Below are positions 39,065 through 54,135 of a stretch of DNA of 64,000 nt, piece by piece. Under the pieces are notes generated by a model. It was not told the origin of the DNA, made no database searches, and saw only the letters and a list, made by a program, of their open reading frames with translations. The stretch comes from Oopsacas minuta (Eukaryota > Animalia > Porifera), in NCBI GenBank assembly GCA_024704765.1, contig JAKMXF010000233.1:496001-560000 (forward strand), written 5' to 3'. Each line of letters opens with the position of its first letter. The stretch's first letter is position 1. Both the position numbers and the translations under genes were made by a program.

Positions 39065-42000
39065 ATGGCTCTTATTTATACTTTTTCAAGTATCCTGCTG
39101 ATAACCCTACAGCTGGTATTCTCTCAGTACCCAGAGTTCCCTGCACAAAATCCACCTATTCGTGCTATGCATACTACTGAGGGTGGAGTCCTATTGGCTG
39201 ACGCACAAAATTTGATGTATTTGGACAGTTCATTGCAAACAGTTGCGCAAAAAGGTAAGGAAAATCTACACACAATTTGTATACATTTTAATTGGAACTA
39301 GCATTAATTATGCACAGTTTAAAGTCCAATTTTTGCACCCTAGGAGGTGTATTTGTTTGTACCTTTGTAACATTTAGGGTATGAATTCTTTGCCTTGGAG
39401 TATGCTTCCTTTGGTTGAAACACACAAATAAGCTTTTAAGATACCCGGAAAATGCCACAAACAAATTTATTTCATAATATACATCAAATCTACCTTGTGT
39501 TATTTGGTTATTGTTACGTCATCCATTCCATGAATTGGCTTCGAATATTCAAGTCATATTCCCATCAAGGAATAACGATAATGAATAGGTTTCTCTAAAT
39601 GTGTGAATTTTGATCACAAAATATATTGACCTATCAGATTTAAGGGGATACACTGATATTCTATTCGTTAATTGAATGTCCAAGTGGACAAAACTTGCCA
39701 ATTAGTAAGCCACGAAGCGCAGAAAAGGAAATCGTGCGTGTAACCAAATTCTTATAACATGAATTGAAGAACGGCATAAATACGCTAATTCTTTATTTTT
39801 GGCATTTTCTTTTCGTCAGTAAACTTGCAATTTTTATTTGTACGAAAATGAGAATTGAAAGAGATGGTTTTACACAGACTTAACACATCATAATGGTTAC
39901 GTGTTGCTTTATATATGAGCTTGAGTATTCTGGTTAATAAATGTTTAAAGAGTAAATGAATAGAATGACTAGCCGAATAGAAACACATAAAATTAGAAAA
40001 TTTGTCATTTCACCAATCAATAATGTAATTGTGTTGCTACTTCAAAGACTTTGCAAAGCTTATTTAGTATTTGCATATGTTTGTGTCCATATTTCGATTG
40101 TGTATGCATGTGGCACACCAGATGGCTGATATTAGTCATTATATATGGATAATAAGGGTTTTGTGTCTTACTGCAATAAGTGTGGTAGATAATTACAGAT
40201 ATATACAATTCTTCATCATATACCAGAATTATCCATGATGACGCTTTGAATAATTCAAATATTCTCAATTTTGGGAGTGATATTAAATGGCATAGGTTCT
40301 TACAAACCCCTTATTCAGTACTGATAGAGAGAGTATTAATTTCATTAATTTTCTAACACAATGGGTTCTAAACCTGTGAGGAATCTGTCTTTGGGAGGAA
40401 TATATTTTCCTCAGTTTCTACTGTATCGATATCGTATATGGAACCTCATAGGAAACTAGCAAGCTCAAGAGTCCATGGGCTTGTCTTTGTGTTTAGCGGA
40501 CATCTAAGAGTGCCAGTTCAGCAGTCATGAAGGGGATTTGTGTCCACCGTGAGACTCAAACTTCTATAGAATCAATATGTTACCGTCCAAAAGTGCCGGT
40601 TCTGAAGTTCCTGATTAAACCCCCTGCAAGAGTCGCACTGAACATTATTCCAAAAATCAAATATTCAACGTCTAATTATCACAATATTTGGCTAATATGT
40701 ACTCATATCGGGAAGATAGCAAATGGCCCTGACCTCTAAGACCTGAATGAAACTATAAAAGGTAAAGGCGAATTGTTCTAACAGACATATCGTAAACTGC
40801 AACGGAACAAATAATCTTATAATTCAATCACGCAAGTCTTAAAATGACATAAAAAACTCGAAGAATGAGAAAATCAATTTAGAATCCATAAATCCAATAA
40901 ATGAAACCTGTTACTATACAAGTGTCAAAATCTGGGACAGCTATTGCATTCTAATTGTGTTACTCTATAGATTCAATAATGGCAATACTCTATTGAGAAG
41001 TACTCGTGATAAAAGCCTTGCTATACAACTAAATAATTGCCTTCCAGAAAATTACCTAGCAAATATTACAACACTTGGATATGTTATATATAACCCGCCT
41101 AAACAATGCGGGCCTAAAATAAAAAATGCATCTGATTAACATCCCGCCTAGAATAATAAATAGCCCGCCTAAAATAATATAATGCGCGCCTAAAACAGTA
41201 TTAAACTATCTGAATAATTAAATAATCCCCCGCTTAACCAAATTTAAACTATACATAACTTATGAATATAATGGAACTGAATATATTTCATATATGGAAC
41301 TATAAACATGAACATAAAGCATTCTCTAATTTACATAAATTACTTTCAATTCCTATTTGAAAAACGAGATTAATCAGTTGGCTGATAAACTACAACTGGC
41401 CTAGGTCAAAAGCAACAGGCTAGCCACCTAGCAACACACATGACAGATTGGATTGCAAACTTCTGTATGATTAGAATGCATGGCTAATCAATACATTTGT
41501 ACAATCGGGGCTGACAAAATAATTGGAATTTTGTGAATATATTATCGAGTCAAATGGCTATTAAATATCGTTTCAGGAATTTCTGTTGGCTAATAGTTCA
41601 CAGTTTAATATTCCAAACAGTTGCCCCGTACTGACTCTACGATCTCCTGTTACACGTGTTAGTCTTAGACAGGTCTATATATTTTGTTAATTTTTGATAA
41701 TAAGGTTCAGACCCGTTAATTGATTTATAACTTATTACATAACAATATATACATTTGGAGTTTACGTTATCAATGATAATCTAAACAATAAGTAAACAAC
41801 TCTATCATGTGATTATAATTGGCTAATAAACAGCCGGAAATATTCACTAATATCATTAAAGCAAGAATATTTAATTACCCTTTCATCTGTGTAGCTTGCT
41901 TATTGCTTTGCTAATTGGCACAATTTGTAATCTAAACGAGATCAGCTGTAATTAAGGACATTTAACCAGCTGTCCATATGCTGGTCGGATAATTAAACTT

Positions 42001-45000
42001 CAAGCTAACATGCAATTAATAGATAAGATTTTGTAACACCTCAAAAAATGGTATCATATGGTCAAAAGAATTCTTAATCACGTTTAAGTAGCTGAGTATT
42101 TACAGAACAAATACGATACCAACAATGCTTTTGAAGTGAAAAAGTGTCCGTAATTTGGAGACGGTGGTATTTACAAAAGTGGTCATATATTCTAAACTCG
42201 TGTATGTTCCTGTACACATGTGGGTATTGTCCCTAACTAATTAAATTACAGTAGACTAGGTGTTAAGATTCATACAACTAAACATCCATTTAAACAATTT
42301 GGTGAAAGCATCTGTCACACCATATCTGAGGGAGTAAGTGTAACTTCCACAAACAGTCCCTATGGTAACGGGGAACTTCTGGAAATGAAGTGAAAACAAA
42401 GCAAATCCTAGCCCCATACAAATGACTCTCCACAAACGGGGTAGCATTTTCGCCCCCCCCTGACGGTTACACTGTACTTGGAATTTTTGCTTATAATAAA
42501 AGTTCTATTTTTAGATATCTCAACTTCACCCGAAGTAATATCACTTTCAACATACAGGAACTTCATAGCAACGTATGATGTATTCGGGAATGTGATTATT
42601 TATAACAAAAACACCCTTGAACAACTACAGAATATCAGCTCGTTAATTAATCGCCCGCTCACAGAACCCTTGAATCTGATTGGCTCTCAGAGCACTGACG
42701 ATTCTATTTGGTTATATATAGCTCAGTCAGTTCCAATTGAAACTGAAACTATACATAGACATTCTGAAATTGACCTTTTTCAATTTGGGCGGGGATTTGA
42801 AACACAGCTAAGGGAACCAATCAGATTTCGCGAATTGTCAAGATTGAATCGTGAATTTGTTATGATTTTTGAGAGAGATGAATTTGTTTACTTTTTGTTG
42901 AATCAACAAAGTGCAATTTCTACTGTTAGAGAAGTTAGAGTAGTGAGGGTGAGTTTATTGTTATTTACATAAATATACATATAACTACATGACAGTTTCA
43001 TAGACAAACACAAAATGTACAGCAGTATGAATAACTTTAAAAGTGTCGCGGTGATATCAATTGAACTAACACCAATTTTGTGATCTAATTTCTCTAAAAA
43101 TGTAAACTATAATTCAATTAAAATATTCAGAAACCCATTATCATAATAGTGATCAATATGCCGATTATTAATTCATATGGTACAGGTGGTTGCTATGCTG
43201 AATAAAAGATGCAACACATCCTTGTAATTGCGCCACATGCTTGAGCCATTTGGTTGATATGGCTGTAAGTTACATTACAATAATTGAGATATGTAATAGT
43301 TGCATGTAATAATTAAGAGAACATATTTATTTCCACCAATATTAATATCAATTCCAATATATATATATTAAAGGAAAATGTGAATACGTATATGATCAAT
43401 ATTGGAAAAAACCTCAATATCTAATTTCTAAATAACAAATATGAAAACTATTATACCTACATAATGGGTGTATACACGGCCACTTTAGGACAACCACGTG
43501 TCAAATTATGTCACAACCACCGATTTGTGTCAGCTACCTGAATCATGCCTCAAAAGTAAGGGGGACATTACCCCGGGGTTTACGCACTTGATAGCTTGAT
43601 ACCATGTTTACCAATTGTAGTTATTTTGGCCAAAGTTTTCGATAGTGCCATATCTTAAAAAACGCGCCAAATTGGAATTGACTGTAATGTGGATCCACTA
43701 TTGTATCTAGATATGCAAAAATGACACTTTCGATGACAACGAATTCACAGCAAAATATGAGATAATTCTCACCTGTCTACCCAATGAAAATAAAGAGTTA
43801 TATGCGACACATGCTCAGCTGATTAATGACAAATTAGTTGTAGCACTCTCAACAGGTATGTTAATATAAATAGCAACTAATAGGATTCTTACCAACCGCT
43901 AATAGCGGTTTCCATGGGTCCTTGGATGGTTTGCAAACACAAAGAATAAGATTCTTATTTTTGCAAAAACAACGAAAATTACGAATTTTCGAATCTCCAA
44001 ATTCAAGATTTATAATAAATTGTGCTAAGAGCTATACGTTTAGTTGTATGTTTAACCGTTTAGGGGATGCAGACAGCATTTGTGTGTACAGTCTGGATGA
44101 AATTGACCGTCAAATGAATGAAAAATATCGTCGTTGTGTGAGAGGAGAAGATAGTGAAAAAGCTGGTTTTTCAAGGATAAGACAAGTTCCCTGCAGTAGA
44201 TTAACAGTTGTGAGTAACCATAGCAACTGTTTTTTTCAATTAGAATGTTACAGAATTTGAATAGATAGCATTTTTCGGTTAATTAGCCCATATTAGGAGT
44301 TCGGAATTTCCAAATTATACAAAATTTGAGATAATTGGATATTTACACAATTTCTGTCATTTTTGTTGCGTCAAGATTTGGCGCCATTATTAATTGGCGG
44401 GTAATATATTTTATACGCGTAAATGCTATTTTTAGGTTAGAGGAGTTTGTGAATTAGGCGGGTATTTAAGAAAAGGCCTTGAGGTGTCAAATCCTCTGAC
44501 AATGAATTCCATATACTCCCATAACAACGGAAAAATGGTCAATGGAATGCTGGCAGTTGAGCAGAATGACTTGGAGCTGTTATTCATTGGTCTGGTAACT
44601 GGTGAAGTGTACAAGGTATGTTGTTTGTTTGTTTGTTTGTTTGTTTGTTTGTGTGTTTATTTGTATATATGTGTATTTATCTGTTTGTTTATTTGTTTGT
44701 AGATGTTATTGAAGATAGATCGTATTGAGAGAATACACACATACAGAGTATATCCAGATATCCCATCAAAGTTGGAATTTGACGAAATAAACAATTCAGT
44801 CAATGTGCAAACAAATGACAAAGTAAACATCAACAAATTACGGAAAATTTTTAAAGGAATTTTAGAACTTTCACTTTTTAGGTGTATAAATTGCCACTTG
44901 AGAGTTGTGACACACTAGAAGGGTGTCACATGTGTCTGTCTACACAAGATCCAATTTGTGGATGGTGTCCAATCCTCAAATCGTAAGTATACATATTTTT

Positions 45001-48000
45001 GTCAACAACAACAGCTATTATTTACTTATTTTAACCAATTAGATGTACGCTAAAGAGTGAATGCTATTGGAACTCAGAGGATCTCCCATGGGTGTCAACC
45101 GTCACTAACAACCAATCAGATTGTACCTCTATCGAGCTTGTTAACCCACCAGATTCCATTTCTGTTGACAGTAATATTGTAAGTAATTATATTAACACTT
45201 TATAGTTCCAGTTTATAGAAATATACAGCACCGGTTAATCGGAGCACTTGGCCAGAAACAGAACGATGCAAATAGTGATTAATTCGGGGGAATAATTATT
45301 CTAGGCGGGATGTATATCACTTCAGCGGGCTTTTTGTATTCCTTTAGGCGGGATTCGTAGTATTTTAGGCGGGTTTTATATTATTGGATTCTATTTTAGG
45401 AGAAACTGGAGATTAAAGTAAACTTCCTACCAATCAGGAATGCTCCTTACATTTGCGATTTCGAATCTCTTGGAACTTCAAACATTATCAAAATATCTGA
45501 GAGTTCTTATGAATGCCCGCTTCCAATAGGATTCAAGAATAGAGTTCTTAGTTCCAGTATTGATATATTAGTTTCACTTAGAGACAGTGAAACGGATTTG
45601 GTATTTGTTTCTGTTGATAGAACAATTCAATTCTTTGACTGTGCAAAAATAAGCAGGTGAGATTAATAAGTTTGAAATATACGCAAAAGGTGTCAAAAAT
45701 ATCATATACATATTATGCATCTCATTAAGCGCATTCCGATTACTAACTGTAAATCTCTAAAAATATTAAAATATACCAAAAGGTGTGAAAATGGGCCTCA
45801 ATGGGAGCTGTATGAAAATATGCTAAGATTCAATTCCTGTTGAATCTATTAAATCATATAATTATGTAATGCGTAGGGTAATGATAATCAATTGTGAGTA
45901 TAGACAATAATTAATTCACACAATTTGTCACCTACATGCAAAACAGTTTTCTAAAAGCAGATGGGGGAAAACGTGATAATTTAATAAATAACAGCTATAT
46001 ACTAATATTTGCTTGTACCCAGCAGCATATGCAATTTTCCTTGATTTCAATTTCTGTGGGTGCTACATATGTTTATTAGTTTCACCAGCACATTTTGCAT
46101 ATGAATTGTCACACCTGCAAGCGGTCAAAAGTGGTTGTATATTGGCCCACTTGTAGGTGTGATAATTAATCTGTCATATGTAAAAGTGTTGGTAAAAGGT
46201 AGGTATTTGAATTCACTGTTCACACTTTTTGAGATTAAGACACTAAATTTGGCATATACACTCGTAGTGACCTCTGGATGTGGACCTGACATGAGAAATT
46301 CAAACCAGATTGTTGGTTGTTAGCAATTATTTACAACTTTTATACATTGTTGTTATTTAGATGTAATTCATGTACAGATACAAACATAAAGTCATTTAGC
46401 TGTTCGTGGTGTGTTCACTCTACAACTTGTATCGATAGCTCATCGCTCAGCTGTGCAAATGGAGACACAATTGCGGACACAATTGGAATGTGTCCTGTAC
46501 TTTATAACACATCCATGCCAGAACTAATTCATTCTCAAGTTCCAACTGATATTATACTGACCGGCGGATTTCTTCCTCAACCTCAGGTAAGATATTTTTC
46601 CGATTTGTAAAGTCCGTTAGCGCAACTATGTTAAACTTGACAGACCAAATTTGATTGTAAGCACATTTTGGGGTGAATATTTGTAACAAAGTATGAAATT
46701 TCTCCAAAGTTGATACTTCTAGCACTTTTGGCGGTTAATCATATTCACATAACATTAAAAATTTTTTGGTATTATTATAGATAAAATTTCAAAAATGGCG
46801 AAGACACAATATGGCAAAAGTGGTATACGTACACTTTCGAAGTATACAGTCAGGGTCTGTGAACTCCACGGGACCGAAATATTGTCCATAATTTCATATT
46901 TGCCAACCTGAGTGAAGGAAAACGCGGGAGTTAAGGTACTAAATTAGCGCGAGAACACGAGACGTAGCATATTACTACAAAAATGCGGGACAATTAAGCT
47001 TTTGGCGGGATATTACACTCAAGACATTTCCCAAAAATCGGGAGTGTTGTAGTATGGGAACATTATATTAACACAAATCCTATGGGAATGAATTTATTGG
47101 GGACAGACTGGAGGGTCCCCGACTGTATTTTAAAATGAACCTAATTTGTACTGTGAAAATGAACTTTTAATTATATAAGAATTTGAGAGGAGTTGCTAAA
47201 ATACACAGATCATAGTGACGCTAGGCTAGCTTAGGAATGTAGATAGAATACACACCCTATAGGAGTTTTAAACCAAACCTGAAAAATCTCAAATGACTCG
47301 ACACAACAATATAATAATAATACACAAATCTAATAGTGAAATACTGATACGATTATTTGCTAATATAATCTGTTGAGGTTGAACATAACTCAATAGTAAT
47401 CTGAGATAATAAGATACTATCAGTTACATATGTATGTGATATTATCCAGGTGCTAGTAATTATAATTATGAAACTATCATATAGGAATACATTTGCACTA
47501 AGTTTGCATTTTGCGTTTGCAAACCATGGATAGAATTAATCGTCGTTACTTACTTCAAGTTACCAAGGATTGTAGGATATTAATCCATAGTGGGTTTGAA
47601 GGGAACACACATGGGTGTAGTCCTGAGGATCTGTGAGCCAATACCCATGTGTACCCACAAGGGATTATCTAAGAGCGCCAGACGCTCCTTTTGGCGTTAT
47701 CACTTTTCTTATAAAATTCTAGGGATTTCTCTTAGATATTTGAAATGTGTGAATTATATCACATTCCACACATACCAGATTTCAAGTTTGTAGCTCTTAC
47801 CATTTCTCAATATTATTAAATTCAATATGTAAATATAGATATCATCACGAAGTTATGAATGTGTTACAACTGGTCAAAGATACAGTGCAAGATACATTGA
47901 TAGTAATAATATAGAATGTCTTAATGTTACATTCCCAGATCCCCCTGGCGTTGCTATAGACTATGTTAGGAGAATACAGGTTGTATGGAATGATGACTAT

Positions 48001-51000
48001 TTTGTGGGGAGTATCGAAGGTTTGTTAATACAAACAATCATACAAACAAACAAAAAATCGAAAATGACAATCTGTGCCGACAGCAAAGTATGTATCTTTG
48101 TGGCACTATTAATTGGCGGCACTAAGTGTTAAAATGTATCCCAATAAGTATAGTACCTCAAATTTATAATGACAAACAAACAAACAAACAAACAAACAAA
48201 CAAATAAACATACAAATATACGAATACATTTCCAATATAAATGCATTACCAATCTATTTTTAGTAACAACCTATAGCTGCTCTAATCTAGCAGATGACTG
48301 CTCACAATGTGAAGCACTACAATTCAATCCTGAACTATCAAATTACGAATGTAGTTGGTGCAAACCAATTAGCACATGCCATTTCACACCTTTTTGCAAC
48401 AATGAATACCCTGGGGAATCTGGAACTTGTCCTGCACCCCAGCTGACCGGGATAACACCCAATGAAGGACCAAATCTAGGTAAATGGGTACAATTTTGGG
48501 TACAGAAGTTGCTTTTGTTGTTATTTATGTTTATTTGTTGTTATTTAGGTGGTACAGTAGTGTCAATAACTGGAACTAATCTTGGAATACAGTCTAGTGA
48601 CATTTTGAGTGTAACTATTGGAGATAGTACTTGTGATATAGATTATGATAAATATGAACCTGGAAAACTGTAAGTAATTATTTAGTGTTTTGTTTACTCA
48701 TTTATATACCATTTTGTTTACCTGTGTAGTGTTGTGTGTCGGACTAGAGGTAACCTAATTAACACGTTCGAAGTTGTTCTACAAATACGAGACAACAGCC
48801 AATCAATTCAAGGCCTGCAGTACACCTATTCGGAACCAAAGGTGTTTGAATTGGAACCAAGTATTGGTCCAATTTCAGGAGGAACTCTTGTGACATTTTA
48901 TGGAGAGAAGCTTCTAATTGGCAGTGGAACTACAGTACAAATTGGAACTAAGATGTGTGAAATACAAACTGAAGTGTAAGTTCCAAATTAAATTTCTGAA
49001 CTTTCAAATTAACTAATTTAACCATCCATAGTTCCAATAATGAGGTTCTTGTTTGTTTAACAAGCTCAATGGTTACAGAACAAATGACAACTATTCTACT
49101 AAGAATTGATGATCTAATGATATCAGTTAGCCAGAACGTAGATGGAAGTGAAGTAGGGTTGTTAAGGTTCACATTCCTTCCTGATCCTACCGTAACCAAG
49201 GTAACACCAAGGTATGTGGTAATTATCCTTCATAGTTGGATGTTGTTTATGGATATTTGTTTGTAGTTCCATGTTTCCAAGTGGTGGATTGAGCTTAGTT
49301 ATTACTGGAACTAATTTCCACGCCATACAACGTGCTTCTCTGCTTATATCATATAACAGCAACAATAACATACGAGAGAGGAGAGAAGTCAATACTCTAA
49401 CGGTAAATATACATGTATACAGTTAAAGGACAAAAGTATTCAACCAGTTCCATGGTCGAATATGAATATAACAAAATATTTGCAATTCTGGAATGGTCGA
49501 ATAGTTTTGTCCTTTAACTATATGTACACGTATATACAGCACTGTGAAACCTCACAGACAGGGAAACGGGGTAGCATTTTCGGCGACCCTCCCGTTCATG
49601 GAGGCTACACTGTAGTATTGGAACAAACTACCAGTTGCGGCACCAATGGCTGTTGGTTAGTCCAATTAATACTCCACTTTCATATAGAATTGTGAGGTAA
49701 CAGATGAAACGACTTTATCCTGTCCTACACCAGCACTACAAACTGGAACTAACACCTTTAACACAACAGGAATAGAACTGTCATTTAGTTTACAGTTGGA
49801 TTCAGTCCAAAATATTCAGGGGATAGATGATATAAAGTTTATGCTGTATTCTGACCCAATTTTCACACCTTTTGAGACTAATTTAACTCAAGGAGCTAGT
49901 GAACCAATCCTAATTCAGGTATTTTCATATGCTTTGTAACGTGTTAGTATTTGTAATATGGATCTATGGGATATATACTGGAACTATCCATAGTTTTGAA
50001 CCCCTGTGCCGAGTTCTATTGCTATTTGTAATATTGCAAATTTCATATTTTTAGGGAAGGAACTTCTTGTTAAATGGCTTGGATGTGAACCACTTTATAA
50101 TAATGGCAGGAGATAGGGAGTGTGAAACGCGACACATTCAAGAAGAACTTGTTATTTGCTATCTAGTGGATACAGGAGAAAGTGCTGAGCCACTATTCAT
50201 AAAGGTTTGAAGTGGTTTAGCATATTTACCTATAACATAATAGGATAATTTGCAATTGATCAACATTCAAAAATGCAAATATTGCAAAATGAAAGGAAAA
50301 GTTGTGAGAATTCACATATTTACAATCAAAACTTAAAAGAATTTCCTTAAAATACAGTCAACTCTAGTTACACCGAAATACCCGCTTATATAGAAGTGTC
50401 AAATTGTCCAAATATGGTCACAAACCTTCAAAGTAACAATTATTCCATCGGTCATATCGAATTATCGCGGTCCTTTGAGCTTAGATATAACAGGAGTTGA
50501 TTGTGTCTGTATTACTTTAGGCACAGGTCGGGAATATTGTCACAAACATCGGCTATCTGGAACTAACACAGGAACAACAACTCCTGAAAATAATCCTCCC
50601 AGCTGTGGTTGGGTGCCTTTGCGTACTATTCTGCCTCTTAGCACTAATTGGATTAATCACATTTCGTAGACATTCAAAGAAAAAGGATGTAAAGCTATTC
50701 AGACTCATAAAAAACTTGGAAGAGCTAGAAATGGGAGTGGCACAGGAATCCAAAAAGGGCTTCACAGAATTGCAAACTTGTGTTGAAGAATTCGACCAAG
50801 ATATCGCTGGGACCAAGCTTCCCTTCTTAGACATGAGGACTTACCTTATTAGCATATTATTTCCTGATGGGGGCGAGATACAACCGGGACAGAAATATCG
50901 GTCCAATAGGTATCTTCATACCTCTAGGATATTGCCAAGTTTTAGAGAGCTGTTATTAAATGAAGAATTCCTAATACAGTTTATTGGTGTTATGGAGAAA

Positions 51001-54000
51001 CAGCCAGAATTTGGTGTGAAGGAAAAGTGAGTGCATTTTGTTAATTTTTGGAAGCTGTACGACTACTGTCCGCGGTGCCCTGAGAAATCTAATTGTCCAA
51101 TTAGTATGAAAATTGGTATATGGGTACATTTTTGGGCGTAGATATACATATAAAGTATATAATTCTTGTAATGTGAATATTTCACACCTTTTGGCCATGT
51201 TTCAAAATGATGCTAGAGATTTCTTTTAACGGTTACTCTGGGGTAATCGTGTATGTAGAATTCAATTCTGACATTTGCAAATATCAAACACGGATATTTA
51301 TCATGTATGATCACATTTTAGGTGTAATGTGGCATCCCTCCTTATGGTGTGTCTCATGAGTGAAATGGATTACGCAACACATATCCTAAAACAGCTGTTG
51401 AGTCAGCTGATTGACAAATCACTTGTCAAACAACACCCTAAACTACTTCTGAGACGAACAGACTCTGTGGGAGAGAAATTGTTGACAAACTGGCTAGCCA
51501 TCTGTTTGTACGGATATATCAGGGTATACTAATATATAAACATTGAATTTATGATTTAAGAGTGTTGTCACCCTCGGAAACGGTTAGAATTTATTTTGAC
51601 ATAGTTCCAATTTGAAAACAGCTGTGAATAGATGAATTTTGTTTGTTTGCATATTTCGTAATTATTCATAAATTTAATATTTTAACACCTCTTTGAGTGA
51701 TATCTGACCAATCAGATTCTTCGCTTATGGTCCAACAACATATTTTCACACCTTGTATTGTTAGGACCATGTTGGCACTCCATTGTACAGATTATCCCGG
51801 GCGCTAAAAATGCAGTTAGAGAAAGGACCAATTGACGTAGTAACCGGAGAAGCAAGGTATTCACTTAGCGAAGAGAAATTATTACGTCACGTTATACAAG
51901 AAGAAAACCTGAGCTGTTTCCTAGATACAGGAGATGGCAATGGAATGCCGATAACATTCCTTGATTGTGATTCCATTAGTCAAGCAAAAGAGAAGGCACT
52001 AGATGCAATGTATAAGGTATGTCTCTATTTATAGCTTGCAATTCTATTGGGTAATATAGTACGTAGATGCCGGTTATGAGCACCATCCTCTGGATACTGG
52101 TTCTCACATATTTCTGTATATTTATACCGGTTGTAAGTACATGTATTGCTCCTGTAATTTATGATTATTTTCTATAGGGAAGACCTGTAAGTGAAAGGCC
52201 ATCATTAGTTGAAGTAGAATTAGGTAAGACTCCATAGCGACACGCTACTTACATAGGAATGTTCGTTAAATATACATTAGGATTTTGACTTTTCCTATTT
52301 GACTATCCAAACCAACAACAGATCACTATTACGTGCATAGTGATATATATGACGCATAGGAATGCACTTAGTAATGTATTTACATAGGATTTGAATAAAA
52401 TAGCTTACTACTGTAATAGTATAGTTAATTACAGATTTCACACCTTGATATGTCAGCCACATATGCACTTTTGATTCTATAATTATTACGTAAATGCGTG
52501 TGATTAAGGCGGGATAATTGTCAAACTATAAATATACAGCAAAGATGTAAAAACTTCCAATTTGTAATTTTAGCCAAAACCATTGGTTTCAGCATACGCA
52601 TTCCTACGTAAATTCCCTAGCAACCATGTTATTGTCTTAAATTACAATAATAAGAGTTTCTAATAATTCAGCGTATAAAACTCTTACAGAGTATACTTCA
52701 GCAGTTTTAGATATATTGTCTTAAAAAGTTGCAAGTTGGAAAACTTTGCCCCAAGGGTGTGAGGTATCAATTCCCAGGTCTGAGGAGGATTGTATTAGGC
52801 ATCTGACCTTTGAACATGTCACAAACTGAATGGGAGTTCGTTGAAATGAGAAAGAATAAATAAATGGCCCATAGAAATCCAGTGAAGCCACTTGCAACAA
52901 CTTTACGACACATATTCACAGTATTTCAACTATAAAATTTTCCGAAAATTCGAGGCTACCACTAGTATATTCATGTTTTCCTGATGGTGTACACGGCTAA
53001 CTCCTGTTACATCTTAGCTCAAAGGACCGTGATAATTACTTAGATATGACTGATGGAATATTTGTTACTTTGACGGTTTGGGACCATATTTGTATAATAT
53101 CACTCTTTGACATAAGCGGGTATTTTGGAATACCCGTGTTAGATATAACGCGAATTGACTGTTTTATGAATTTATCCTTAGAATACACAAGGAACAAGTT
53201 CAGTGTATCACCTCAAAGACTCAGAGATATTGATGGTTGCAGTGAGAGTGAGAAAGGATGGACACGTATAAATACATTGAAACATTATAAGGTAACTTGA
53301 TCGGAAAATATCTGTAAATATTGCAAAAAAAGAATATTTTTATTTGTTTATTTTTAGATTGAAAGTGGCGCGTATTTTCAATTAAGAACTAGAACTGAAT
53401 CAACAAAATGTGAGTTTCATGATTGGTCAAATAAATATTATATTTCCACACCTTTTCATATTATTATAGGTGATTATGTTGGTACAATTATTTCAGCTTT
53501 TGACAAAAATAGAGAGAATAATGCTGACAACCATTTATGGCATTTGGTATGTTAATAAATACACCTGTATGATATATTAACAAATCATACAAGGAATATT
53601 TCGACTGACCTTTCAAATGTCTATTTTTAGAGCAAAACTGAGGATTCGGAATCTAATTCTTCAGCTAAGGATAAAATGGCATCAGAAGTGTATTTACACA
53701 GATTGCTGTATAGCAAGGTTTGTTGACACTATATCCAAAAATTCGTATTAACGAAGTTCCTATGTGTTATATTAGTTCTATTTTTAGAACGTGTTACAGA
53801 ACTTTGTCAACGATCTTTTCGAGATAATCCTTGATGTCAATAATGTCTCCAAAACTGAATATCCATTGGCTATTCGGTATTTCTTCCAGGTGTTAGAAGA
53901 TCAGGCGGGTAAACACGATATCACAGATTCAGATACAATTCAAACTTGGAAGAATAATAGCTTGGCATTGAGATTTTGGGTTAATTTAATTAAGAACCCT

Positions 54001-54082
54001 GAATTTATCTTCAATATTTATAAAACATCAACAATGGACTCTTGTTTGTTGGTTATTGCTCAGGTAGGTTTTAGACAACAAT

Positions 54083-54135
<53 letters not shown>

